Shown: piece after piece, positions 28,255 to 41,650 of the stretch
Position numbering within the stretch: position 1 is the stretch's first letter
Layout: each line of letters begins with the position of its first letter
Source: the human T2T-CHM13v2.0 reference genome, Homo sapiens
Reading direction: 5' to 3' (one strand)
DNA: 64,000 bases
NCBI RefSeq assembly: GCF_009914755.1
Contig: NC_060939.1
The notes under the pieces: model-generated
Seen by the model: the letters and a program-made list of their open reading frames with translations, nothing else
The model's database searches: none
What the model was told of the DNA's origin: nothing
Translations under genes and position numbers: made by a program

Positions 28255-28792
28255 TGTGGTAGCCAGCTTCACAGATGGCCCCCAGTGATTCTCTCCTTCT
28301 GGTCTTCATACCCACCCAGGATTGTTCCAAGGTGGGCCAGTGCGACCAATAGAATATACAGAAACAGTGCGATGTTGTATTCCAGATTGGGTTATAAAAG
28401 ACTGTGGCTCCCATCTTGGGCTTGCTCACTCTCTCATGGATGAATCACTCTGGGGGAAGCCAGTTGCCATGTCTTGACGACACTCAGGCAGCCCTGTGGA
28501 GAGGCCCCGGTATCCAGGAACTGAGGCCCTCCTTCCAAAAGCCCTTAGAGAACTGAGGCCTGCCAACAACCATGTGGGTGAGCTGGGAGGCAGATCCTCT
28601 GCCTTTCAGATGACTGCAGCCCTGGCCCACAGCTTAACTGCAGGCTCATGAGAAATCCTGGGCCAGAATCACCCACCTAAGCTGCTCCTGGATTCCTGAC
28701 TCTCAGAAACTGCGTGAGATAACAGCCATGTGAGCTGTTTTAAGCTGCTGAGTTTGGGGGTAATTTTTTAGCAGAGTAATAGACAACTAACA
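28255..28792 (+). mobile_element. MLT1F-family MaLR solo LTR
   Basis: tgtggtagccagc start; tcactctgggggaagccag, ccctgtggagaggcc, ttttaagctgctgagtttgggggtaattt; ends in CA. Confidence 0.88.
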
Positions 28793-29441
28793 TAACTATT
28801 CTGACTTTTATAATAATAATTTCCTTCTTTATCATTACAATTTTACCACCAATATGTATGCATCTCTAAACAAGATAGTTTAGGTTTGCATATTTTTACC
28901 TATTTTATACATGTATTTTAAAATTGGGTCTTATCTCGATATTAGGCATATCCCTATAGTTGCATATAGCCAGCGCTCATTTTATTTGCAATCTAGAGAT
29001 TCATTGTATGAATACACCACTTACGTACGTATCTGTTCTCCTGTTCGTGGTCATCGGTGTTGTCCTGGGTTTGAGACTATTATGAAAACTGCTGCAGTGA
29101 ATATTATGGGCATGTTTCCTGGTGCACATTCCACAGGCTTCTCTAAGTTGACCTTGTAGTGCACTCGCTGGCTAAAGGACATCGGCATCTTCACTTTTTC
29201 TTTAACATTACTAGATAATGGCCAAACCTCATCAAATAATGCCAGATTATACTCCAATCTGCAGGACGTGAAAGTTCCCATTATTTTACATCCTTGCCAA
29301 TCCGTGGTATTATTGGTCTTTCTGATTTTTGCCCATCTGGTGAGTATGTAAGTGATATCTCATTGGGATTTTAATTTTGCATTCCCTGGGAGTCAAGAGG
29401 TTGTGCACTCTTTCATTTATTGATTGACTACTTGAATTTCC

Positions 29442-29746
29442 TTTTTTTTTTTTTTTTTTTGAGAGATGGAGTCTCACTCTCTCATCCAGGCTGGGGTGCA
29501 GTGATGCGATCTCGGCTCACTGCAACCTCTACCTCCTAAGTTCAAGCGATTCTCCGCCTCAGCTTCCCAAGTAGCTGAGATTACAGGTGTGTGCCACCAC
29601 ACTCAGCTAATTTTTGTATTTTTTAGTGGAGACATGGTTTCACTAAATGTTGGCGAGGCTGGTCACGAACTCCTGACCTCAGGTGATCTGCCTGCCTTGG
29701 CCTCCTGAAGTGCTGGGATTACAGGCATGAGCCACTGCGTCCGGCC
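29442..29746 (-). mobile_element. AluSx-like
   Basis: TSD tgaatttccttttt starting at 29433 and 29747. Confidence 0.96.
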
Positions 29747-30735
29747 TGAATTTCCTTTTTAGTGACATGCTTGTTCAAGTATTTTATCCATTTTTAAGAA
29801 ATTAGTTGTCTTTATTTATTTGTAGCAGTTCTTTACATATTCTGGACACTAGCCCTTTGTTGTTATATGCTATACAAATATCTTCTCTTACTCTGTAGTT
29901 TATCTTTTCACTCTCTAAAGCCTAATGATGTCTTTTGATAAAAGAAATTATTTTACTGTAATAGGGTTTATTAATCTTTTCCCATATTTGTTTTTTAACA
30001 TGTAGGTTTTTTTCGTAGTTGATTTTATTAGTCTTTGCCATTATAGTTCCTGACTTTTGAAATCCTGTTTAGAAAGGCATCCCTACTCTGAGATTACACA
30101 AATATTCACCTACATGTGGTGGTTTTATTTTTATGTTTTCATTTAAAAATATTTAAACCATTCATCTGAAATTTTTTTAAAGCTTTGGTTATAACATTTT
30201 TTTTCCCTGAATGTGATGAATACGGTTAGCAAATTTACAGAATAATCTGACCTCTTCCTACTGTAAATGCTACCCGTATTATGAAGTGGGATCCTATATA
30301 TTGGCTGTATTTCTGAGCTTTCTCTTTTGTTAATTGCTCATTCTGTTGATTCTGGCACTTTCTGACACCTACTTGTAGTTGTTGTGCTCTGCGGGACACA
30401 TCTGATAGGGCCTGCTCCTGCACGTTACTCTTGTTTTTCGGCATTGTCCTGACATTTTTTACATTTTTGTTTTCTAGATGAGCTTTAGGATCCCTTTAAT
30501 ATTAACATAATTATTTTTGGCTGTGTTGTAGATTTGTCTGTGACTTGTTAGAAATTAGTGTTCCCACTTAGGAATGTGGCATGTCTTGCCATTTACTTTT
30601 GAATCTTTTTATGTCCCTCAGAAAAATTTTGTAGGTTTCATTTCAATAGAGGTCTGGCAAATTCTTATTCTAAGTTTTTAAAATTTTTTGTTTCTGGTGT
30701 GAATTGGCCCTTTTCTCCTATGCGTTTTCTGATGC

Positions 30736-31224
<489 letters not shown>

Positions 31225-31330
31225 TGTGTACACTTCTTTTTAATGAATGATCTTTACTGATATCTTTTGTTGGTTTTAATTACTTTTTTAGTGATTCATC
31301 TTGGATCTTCCAGGTATTCATTCCTTTATT

Positions 31331-31631
31331 ATTATTATTATTTTTTTTTTGAGAGAGAGTCTCGCTCTGTCGCCCAGGCTAGAGTGAAGTGGCATGATCT
31401 CAGCTCACTGCAACCCTGCCTCCTGGGTTCAAGTGATTCTCCTGCCTCTGCCTCCCGAGTAGCTGGGATTACAGGTGCATGTCACCACGCCTGGCTAATT
31501 TTTGTAGTTTTAGTAGAGATGGGGTTTCACCATGTTGGCCAGGCTGGTCTTGAACTCCTGACCTCAGGTGATCTGCCTGCCCTGGCTTCCAAAAGTGCTG
31601 GGATTACAGGAGTGAGCCACCGCGCCTGGCC
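31331..31631 (-). mobile_element. AluSx-like
   Basis: TSD tcattc(c/a)tttatt; (TTA)n tail. Confidence 0.95.
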
Positions 31632-31843
31632 TCATTCATTTATTTATTGAAAAAATATTTATTCAGTGCCCACCCACTGTGTACCAGACACATTTCTAGG
31701 TGCTTGGAATATATCTATGAGCAAAATCCATGTATATCATATGGTAAGCTCAAAATGAGTATATTATACGGTAACTACTTTGGAGAAAAAGAAAATGGAT
31801 CAAGGGTTCTAGAGGTGGGATATGGGATCCAGGCAGAATTTTA

Positions 31844-32156
<313 letters not shown>

Positions 32157-32441
32157 CAGGCACAATTTTAAATACCGTGGTCACCATAGGTCTCATTGAG
32201 AGGGGGACATTTAAACGAAGACTTGGAGGTAAGGACGCCGGCTATGTAGATATCTGCTGGAAAAGCATGCTTGGCAGAGGGGAAAGCCTGTGCAAAGGCC
32301 TTAGAAACACGCTGGAGGTGTTCGAGGATCATGGAGGGGTGTGGCTGGAGTGCAGTGAGTGAGGGAGTCAAGGTTGGTTAGGGAGGGATAGAGTAGGGGA
32401 CAGATGTTTGTATGGGGCCTTAGTGTAAAGACTGACACTGA

Positions 32442-32802
<361 letters not shown>

Positions 32803-34827
32803 TGGGCTTACATTTTTAAAAGATCATTCTGGTTGCTCCTTTGAGAATAGATTTTAGAGGGGCCGGGGTAGAAGCAGGGAGACTGATTAGAGGCGATTGT
32901 AACGCTCCTCACCTAGGATCTTACTGTGCATTGAGCAATTGGTAAGGCTTATGGAATGAATGTTTTTACCTACATCGGGCATTTTAGCGTGCATTAAGAA
33001 ACTACACATTTAAAAAATACATATTTTTCTTGAGAAAGTGATGGGACAGAAAAGTGAGAGCAGGGGAATTGCCTTTGGAACAGGCCATTTTGGTCAAGCC
33101 TTGTCCTGGATAAAGAAGATGGGGAATGAAGGCTGACCTGCCGTGGAGGGGAGGAATGGGCAGGCATGCCCTGCCTCATCTCACGGAGTGAGGGCAGAAT
33201 CTGGGGAGCGCGTTCTTGGATGTCCCACCAACTTTGGAGAGGACCGGAGGCTGGGGATAGACAAGGACTACTATGATGAAGGAAGCTCGTAAGTTCGTGT
33301 TTGCTTCTAAATGGTTGCTGTGGCTTTCTGGCTTTAAACTGGTTTATATTTTCTGCAACCTCACTTCTTCCTAACTATTTAGTAGACCAGAACTTCTCGG
33401 TAATTTATTGCTCAATAGTGGGAGAAAGGAAGAACTTCGTTTTCAGGTTAAGACTTCATATGTCAAATCCAGTTTTATTGGTGTGATAAATGCTGGTTTC
33501 TGTTAAATTTACCAGGTTGGTCAGTACTGGTTCCTGATACAAGAACTGTATTTACCCTTTTAAGAAGATGATTTAAACTTCTGGAGAAAGGAAGAGGGCA
33601 AAGATCTTTAAAGAGTATGCTATTTTTATGACGCCTCCCTAATTATTCAGAAATATGAATAATTCAGGAATTTAACTGTAGAATAAGTATAAATTACCCG
33701 GTTACTGCCTTGAAAGAGTTTACAATCACCTTGAAGAGAATCCTGCCCTCACCCCCACCAGTTTCACAAAGCCTATTTTAAATTATACCCTTGGAAAAAT
33801 TAAATCAAAACACTGCGCAAATATGTTTGGTGTGGAGTTCATTCCTTTGATTTAGTCCTTTCACTTTGGGCCCACACACTTTTGCCATCCTTTAGGGAGC
33901 ATGCCCAGTGCTAGATTCGAAGCGAATATATTAATGTATGTGTTCACCCATCAATGCCTTGTGCTGAGGGAAAAACAGAAGAGAGTGTCATGGAAGGCTT
34001 AAGGATTCTTTTTTTTTTTGCTGATACAAAGTACTTTTTGTTATTCAATGCTTGTGCCATCATCAGACAACTTCATCCAGAATGCACAGCAACTCTGTAA
34101 TATAGCTCTGCCTGGTGCAAAATACCTCATTTTGTATAGAAATGCAGGATTGCTTCATGTAGATACAATAGAAAGAATCTTTGCTTTATTCATGTATGAA
34201 TAAAACGTCTTTGTTCATGGAAGAGAAAAGTGCCTCTTATTGTTTGGAAGCTGTGTGAATTTTAAATTAAGCTGATGGTCCACTATATTACATATTTCGG
34301 GGGAAAAATTAGCTTTGCTTATATAAGTTTGGAATCTAATGTCTAACCTAGTGGCCTAAATAATTTTTGCTTTGCAGTTTGTTTATTATGTAAAGACATT
34401 GTGTTTGCCACAGACATTGCCTGTCAATGAATTGCTTTAGCAAAATTCTATAGTCCTAATTTTAAAAAGTTGTTATTTATTCCCTTGTCCCACATAAGAT
34501 TTGAAGCAGCTTGCAAAAAATTAAAAATACAATGTAAATAACAGTCATAAATCATGATCAGAGAAAATATAAATATTTTATGGAAAAGTCAAAGCTTGTA
34601 GAGGCATGTGTGAGTGTATTTATGTGTCAATATACATGTAAAAGGGTCCATGAAGCAGCTATGTGGATCCTCAGATTTGATGTTGAGCTTCCTGGCAGCC
34701 AAAGTGGAAAAAGGAAGGCAGTCAGTTAATCCTTTCTCTGGGTTTGCAAAGGACTGCTTAGAGCATATCCACCGCCAAGCAGGGGTATGGCATTCGGGCT
34801 TTCCCAAAAGAAAGCTGGCCACTCAGA

Positions 34828-35067
34828 TGTTCTCACTCATAGGTGGGAATTGAACAATGAGAACACTTGGACACAGGGTGGGGAACATCACACACCAGGG
34901 TCTGTTGTGGGGTGGGGAGAGGGGGGCGGGATAGCATTAGCAGATATACCTAATGTAAATGACAAGTTAATGGTTGCAGCACACCAACATGGCACATGTA
35001 TACATATGTAACAAAGCTGCACGTTGTGCACATGTACCCTAGAACTTAAAGTATAATAATAATAAAA
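34828..35067 (+). mobile_element. L1PA4/5-like 3' terminal fragment
   Basis: tgttctcactcataggtgggaattgaacaatgag...gtaccctagaacttaaagtataataa; TSD aaaagaaagctggccactcaga (34806-34827) versus aaaagaaagttggccaatcgga (35068-35089). Confidence 0.95.
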
Positions 35068-37269
35068 AAAAGAAAGTTGGCCAATCGGAAGAACGGATTA
35101 AATAAAGGAATGCTGTAGGTCCTGGGACCCCCATGATGGTGCCTTAGGCTTTTCCCTTTGCAGAAAGTACCACCTCTGGCAAGTGACCTGCAGGACTACA
35201 GGCAGAAGTAGGGCTGGCAGAGTGCCTGGTGTGCAGTCACAGAACCCTCCAGCTCCAGATGTAAACTTTTGGCTTTCTTCAAAGTGTTCGCTGGTTCTTA
35301 ACAAAATGAGAAAAAATAAGAACAAATAAGGAAAAAAAGTAAATTTCCTTCAAATCTGAATTTACGTGACGTCAGATATTATGTTCTTCCTATAATTTTA
35401 GTATTAAAAGTTCCTTTTTAAAATGAAAACAGCAGCAATAGTTCAAAAGGTTGTGTCCTTTCCTGGGGAAATGAAAAAAGTTGAAAACACTTTGTATACG
35501 GTAATAATAATAATCACTATTACTACTACTACGGGTATTTACTGCTTATGAAATCTAAAAGTCTAGAAACTCCTATTTCTCTTGGGCTCTACAGCATCTC
35601 AGTCAGCTGCTTTGTCTCCAGGATCACATTTCCAATTTTCTCTCTTTTCTCTCTCCCAGTGTACCGCGCACCTGCTGGTTCCCTCACCCAGTACATCTTG
35701 GCTCCCAGGAAGCCACACCCTTGACATTTACCATGCTTCCTGGGCATTTCCTGCTACCATCCCCACCCTGGACAGGGCTAGGATGGTATCAGGACTTAGT
35801 GCTGCACAAGCTTTCAGGATACCGGGTAAGAGGGGAGTTTGACACTTGGAACAATACTGGACCTAAAAGGAGCCAGGCCTTGGATGGACAGTCACTCTCC
35901 ATGAGTTTTTGCACCATGTCAGCACTATAAACTCACTGCAGTGGGAGTTTCGCATTGACAAGGGTCTTCAGACCTAGCTCACCTCAGAAGGTAAGGGGGG
36001 CCTTGACAGGTCCTCTCAAGGGGGATAAATGCCACCTGCTATTTAAGGAGACTTGACCCCATCCCTGCTTCTATCCATTAATGGGTGACTTTTTAATTCT
36101 TCTGGAACTCTTATTGCCAAGGTCTTGGTGGGACTGAGGGTGAGATCGCTTTTCTGTAACACAGATGCATTGCCATTTTGCTCCTTGATAGTGTAAGATG
36201 TTTAAGTCAATTAAGACAAAAATGTGCTTAATACTCTTTTCATTTGCCTTAACAACTCCACGTTTATTTAATATCAGTTTAATTCTTGGCTGCTGCAAGG
36301 TCTGGGTAGCTTTCATTTCGAAACTACTCCTAGGGTGAGAAGTCTCTTAAGTGCCTGTGGTATTCCCAAAGAATTTGCTTTTGTGCGGCAGTCACAGCCT
36401 GGAAGCGCGCTGCTTTCTTTGCTCCTGGTGTCAGAAAAGCTACTCCTGGTTCTCAGATTGGGCTTTCCTGCACATTAGAATTGGAAAGGTCCTCTTTGTG
36501 TCTGCCCCTGTAAGGGAGCCAAACAAAAGGCGCCAGAGTGGTGGTAGGGCAGCATCATCGCTCCCTAACCTCCACCCTCCTCCTTCTCTCTTCCTTCCTC
36601 CCCGTCCCTGCCTCCCTGGCCTCCCTACTCCTCCATCCCCTCCAAGACTCTCAATGTAGTCAGCGCTCTGTTTTCCCCACCTTTGCCTGGCTGCCACCTC
36701 CCTCCCTCCCTCTCCCTATCAGCTTCCTCCGGATGAGGTGCTATTCTGCATGGACCCCTTAGAGTACTCATTAACTAGATGAATAAGCTGCCAGCAATAT
36801 TGTTCCTGCTTCCCACATTTTAAAAAGGTTATCTCTTTCTTTTTCCTTCTAAACTTTAGAGCCATTTGAAAATAATCTTTTGGAAATATATTTACATAGG
36901 TCTCATGACAAATCCACATACTCCTTTTCAGACAGGTTTCAACGACTGCATAATGAGATGGTCTGGGTCAGCTTTGCACAAAAGTTGTACTTTTCCTGCT
37001 GTGAATCTGTATTTTTCCGCTGTGTGTATTTGCAATGACTTTCCCGCCCTACCTTCCACTAGTGATGCATTAATCACAGCATGGAGCTGAGAGGCGTGGG
37101 ATTGGAAGGGTCTTTGAGAAGTTTTTTAATCGAGCTAGAACGAGGTCAAGGTTTTGAGCATTTAACTTGTGGGATGTTAATTACTTGGCTATGAAAAGGA
37201 AATTTGTTTTCTGAAAGTTCAACTGTAGCTACAGAATAAAGGCCATGGAAAGATAAGGCATGGTGTCAA

Positions 37270-37678
37270 GAGGTTTCATGATCTTATTCCACCTCCTTTT
37301 CAGGCCCCAACTCCACTCAAACCCTCCACTGTTGAGCCACACTGGATGTGTCACCCTCTGTCCCTAGACGTGCTGGACATCTGCATCCTGTGGTGCCTCG
37401 GCTCAGGCTTCTCTTTCATCTGGGAAAACCCTTGACCCTCTCCTAGACTTCCCAAATGCTGCTTCAAGGCATCATCCCTGCCCTCCTTCCTTTAGAAAGT
37501 CTTTTCTACCACTGAGAACACTTCCCTCATGCTCCACCGCAGACTGTACTTCATGCTGCTTTGCTCTTTGTGGTTGATGCATCTGTCTCTCCCACTAAAT
37601 CATGACCCTCCATTCATTTCTACTTCCCACTCTACCCAGGGCATGGTAGGTGCTCAATAAATCTTTGCTGAATGGAAT
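37270..37678 (+). mobile_element. L2 3' end
   Basis: agccacactgg, tctgtctctcccacta, ggcatggtaggtgctcaataaatctttgctgaatg. Confidence 0.7.
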
Positions 37679-37713
37679 TTTTTCATCTAACCCAAGAGCA
37701 ACCTGAGCAGAAA

Positions 37714-37775
37714 ATCATAAATGAATAAGGATCGTAAATGGATGATCATCATAAATGACTAATCATCATAAATGA
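37714..37775 (+). repeat. 17-bp-period tandem array, 4 copies
   Basis: atc(a/g)taaatg(a/g) at 37714, 37731, 37748 and 37765. Confidence 0.85.
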
Positions 37776-38269
37776 ATGCTTATGGGATATACACAAATTG
37801 CAGAACACTGATAGCTATGGCATAGCTCTTATCCTAGAGTGAGTTTCAATTCACTTTAGGTTAGGACATAGAAAAGACAAGGAGAAACAACTAGTCCATG
37901 AGGATTTTTTCCATGCTTTGTTCTTTCCATCTGTGCTGTTCAGTAGCTAGTTTCACTGAGCTTCCCTGTAGTGGATGGGTAGAGATTGTGTATTATAAGT
38001 ACTTGCTCATCAGTGGCTCAAGGGCAAAAATCTCAGTGCCTAGAGTTTGGCATAATATTATGTGAAAAATAATTTTTTGCAATATAATGAGATGTGACAC
38101 TCCCCACTTTCCAGAACAAGGACTTGTCTCCTTTGGATTTCCAGACCTAAAGAAGAACATCTCCCTTGAAAAACTTTTCCCACTGGCAATTCAGCCCTCT
38201 GTTTTCCAAACCCACTTAGAAGCTAAGTTGCACTGGAAATACACAATGAAATGTTTATGGGAAAAAGGG

Positions 38270-38510
38270 GCATCATATCCACAATTTGTTCTCAAAATGA
38301 TTTAGTGGAGGGAGAGAGAGAGAGAGGGTGGAAAGGGTGGGTTGGAGGGAGCAAAAGAGAGACAGAGAAAATTGATAAAATAAATGAGATAAAATTGAGG
38401 GAATCTGGCGAAGTCTATTGGAGCATTCTTTGTAGCATTGGGGAATTCTTTGTCATATGCTTGCAACTTCTCTGTAAACCAGACATTATTTCAAAATAAG
38501 TTTTTTTGAA
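38270..38510 (+). mobile_element. L1ME-type 3' end
   Basis: gggaatctgg...cttgcaacttctctgtaa...ttatttcaaaataa. Confidence 0.6.
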
Positions 38511-38751
38511 AAGCAAAAGCAAATTCTTTGAATTCTTACCCAGTTTAAAAGGATGATATGATTGCAAAAAAGTTGTGTTTCTCTATCTATAGGCATAAAT
38601 GGTAGTGCTTGGCAGTTTAGGATCCATTCACACAGAAACTGCATTTGAGGCAGGTGTTTGTGAGCACCTTTTGACCCCTTGACATTTAAGCAAAGGAGAA
38701 GTGGGTTCCTCTTATTCGCAGCTGTCATAGGTCAGACTTCTGCTTGTTGGG

Positions 38752-39109
38752 CGTGTCAGGCTGGGAAATTCCCCTCACCGCCAAGATGTCCATGTCCTAA
38801 TCCCTAGGACCTGTGAGTGATAACTTATATGAGAAGGCAATGCGAGGATGGAAGCAAGAGATTGGAGTGATGTGAAGGAGAGATCAGGGTCCAAGGAATG
38901 CACATGACCTCTAGAAGCTAGAAAAGGCAAGGACACGGATCCTCTCTCCTAGAGCCTCCAGAAGGAACCAACCCTGCCAGCCCCTTGATTTTAGCCCTGG
39001 AAGACTGATTTTAGACTTCTGACCTCTAGAGCTGTGAGAAAATAAGTCTGTATTGTTTTGCTACTAAGTTTTTGGTAATTTTTTATAGCAGCCAGAGGAA
39101 GCAAATCTA
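38752..39109 (+). mobile_element. MLT1D-like MaLR solo LTR, internally deleted
   Basis: caagatgtccatgtcctaatccct, ccaaggaatgc..cctctagaagctagaaaaggcaagga, cctagagcctccagaaggaac; flanks ttggg/ctggg. Confidence 0.88.
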
Positions 39110-40326
39110 CTGGGTGAGTGGATTCTATGCCCGAGTTCATAAGTGAGAGTGAGGCCAAGGCATGAGTTCTGGATTATTGTCATTAGCATTTCAAAGAATT
39201 GTCCTCTGGCTCAAATCAGCGGTGTTCACACTTTGCTTAATTGCCTGTGTCTTATTTTGTTCTCCAGCTTTGATCACATGTATGACAAATGGAATCGGAA
39301 TGAATTGCAGAACTAGCAGGTCGAGTGCTTGACATCACCTCACAGAGATGTCATGGATGCTTTGGGAAGTGCTTTGCTTGACAGTGCCTGGATTTATGTA
39401 GCAAGATATTTTGTCCTGGGGTAAAGGGAGCCCATGCAGGTGGGGGGGGAGGGGAAGGGAATGGGAGCTGATGCCTAGGCAGGTTTCTCAAACCTGTGTG
39501 AATTAAGGACCCCTCTCCATAAGGGACTTTTTTGGTGTATTGACTTAAATTTAGTTTTATTATATTGCTACTTAAATCTGTATAAACATAAAACTAAGTG
39601 TTAATTTATGCTTATAGCTTTAAGACAACTATAAACTCCAAACATTTCAAATTAAATGCAAATAAAATTACAAACCTAATAAAATTCAAATTAACATCAC
39701 TGAGTTAATGTCATGGATAACGTTTTGCTGATTTTAAATTGATGTTCTCAATGTGTTTTCACACACACTCGTGAAGTTATGGAACATTATCTTTGTTTCT
39801 GCTGGACTTGTTTAATTCACTGTAAAAATATCGTTATGTTGAAAGAAACATATACATCACAGTAATAAATTGATTTATCTAGAACAGTTTTCAGACTCTA
39901 ATGCAAATATTCAGTTGGTTTCATTCCTGGAAAAATAAAAAACAGACCAAGATAAATCATAGTATTTAGTGATGTACACTTAGGGGATTAAAGTCAGTGT
40001 AGTAATAGGCTATGAGAGGAGGGGGGAGGGATACATGGGGGGCTTCTGGATTACTGGCAAGGCTCAATTTCATGATGAGCATGCCTTTCTTGAGTCTCTC
40101 TTTTTCTGTGAACATAAAACATAAGTGTACAGACTGTTGGATTTTTATAAAGTGAACACTAATGTTACCCTATCAAGGACAAGAACTAGGACATTGCTAG
40201 CATCCCAGAAGCTCCCATGTACCCTTTTATAGTTACATACTCCTCTTTCCCAGCAAAATAACGACTATAGTATGTTTTGTGGCAATCACTTATTGCTTTT
40301 ATCTATAGTTTTACAACCTAAGTAGG

Positions 40327-40721
40327 TGTATTAGGCCATTCTTGCATTGCTATAAAGAAATACCTGAGACTGGGTAATTTATAAGAAAAGAGATTTAATT
40401 GGCTCATGGTTCTGCAGGCTGTACAGGAAGCATGGTGCTGGCATTTGCTTGGGTTCTAGGGAGGCTTCGGGAAGATAACAATCACAGTGGAAGGCGAAGG
40501 AGCAGCAGGCACGTCACATGGCAAAGCAGAACAAGGGTGGGGGAAGGTGCCATACACTTTTAAATGACCAGATCTCATGAAAACTCACTATGACCAAGAC
40601 AGCACCAAGTCATGAGGGGTCTGCCTCATGATCAAACACCTCCCACCAGGCCCCATTTGCAGCATTGGGGATTACAATTGAACATGAGATTTGGGTGGGG
40701 ACAAATATCCAAACTGTATCA
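40327..40721 (-). mobile_element. MSTA MaLR solo LTR nested in an old L1
   Basis: tgtattaggccattcttgcattgctataaagaaatacctgagactgggtaatttataag ... catgagatttgggtggggacaaatatccaaactgtatca; TSD gtagg/ggagg. Confidence 0.92.
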
Positions 40722-41065
40722 GGAGGCATTCCTAAATACTGTGAATTGAATTTTGCCTATTTTTGAACTTCTAAAATTAGGGCCATATCGTATCTTTTGT
40801 GTTTGACTCTTTCAGTCAACATTTTTTTTTTTAAAGATACATCCATGTTGTTCTGTATGACTGTAGTTCATTTTTATGGCAGTATAGAATACCATTGTAT
40901 AACTATACCATACTTTTTTGAGCTATTTTCCTGTTGGTAGACTTCTGGGGTCTTTTCAGTTTTTGGCTATTACAAATATTGCTGCTATGAACATACTTAT
41001 ACATGTCTCCTAGAAGACTTGTATCTAAAAATAGAATTGATGTGTCATCTGGTGTTCACTGCTAG

Positions 41066-41420
<355 letters not shown>

Positions 41421-41650
41421 ATGAGTTTCATTTTAATTTGTGTTTCCCTCATTTTGATTGAGGTTGAGAACCTTTTCGTATATTTATTGGTCATTTGGAT
41501 TTCCCTTGTTGTGAAAGGTCTGCCCAACTATTTTGTCCATTTTTCTCTTTTTCAGTCTTCTTATTGATTTGTAGAATATATATTCATTCTGGATATAAGC
41601 CCTTGTCGGTTTTATGTCAAAATTATTTATTTTGCAGATCTCTCTCTCTT

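Larger units (their letters stand above)
28050..30720 (-). mobile_element. Old L1 (L1ME-like) fragments interrupted by MLT1F and Alu
   Basis: aaatgtacagctt, gctgcagtgaatatt, catccttgccaa, tatattctggacactagccct motifs in collinear order. Confidence 0.6.

Noticed and set aside
33273-33380. ATGATGA as a possible snoRNA C box
   Set aside because: No suitably placed CTGA D box or terminal stem.
36528-36546. CTCF-like ggcgccagagtggtgg
   Set aside because: Spacing is one base off the core and the central AG is missing.
37714-37775. Repeat-spacer pattern superficially like a CRISPR array
   Set aside because: 11-bp repeats with 6-bp linkers in primate DNA and no cas genes; it is a minisatellite.
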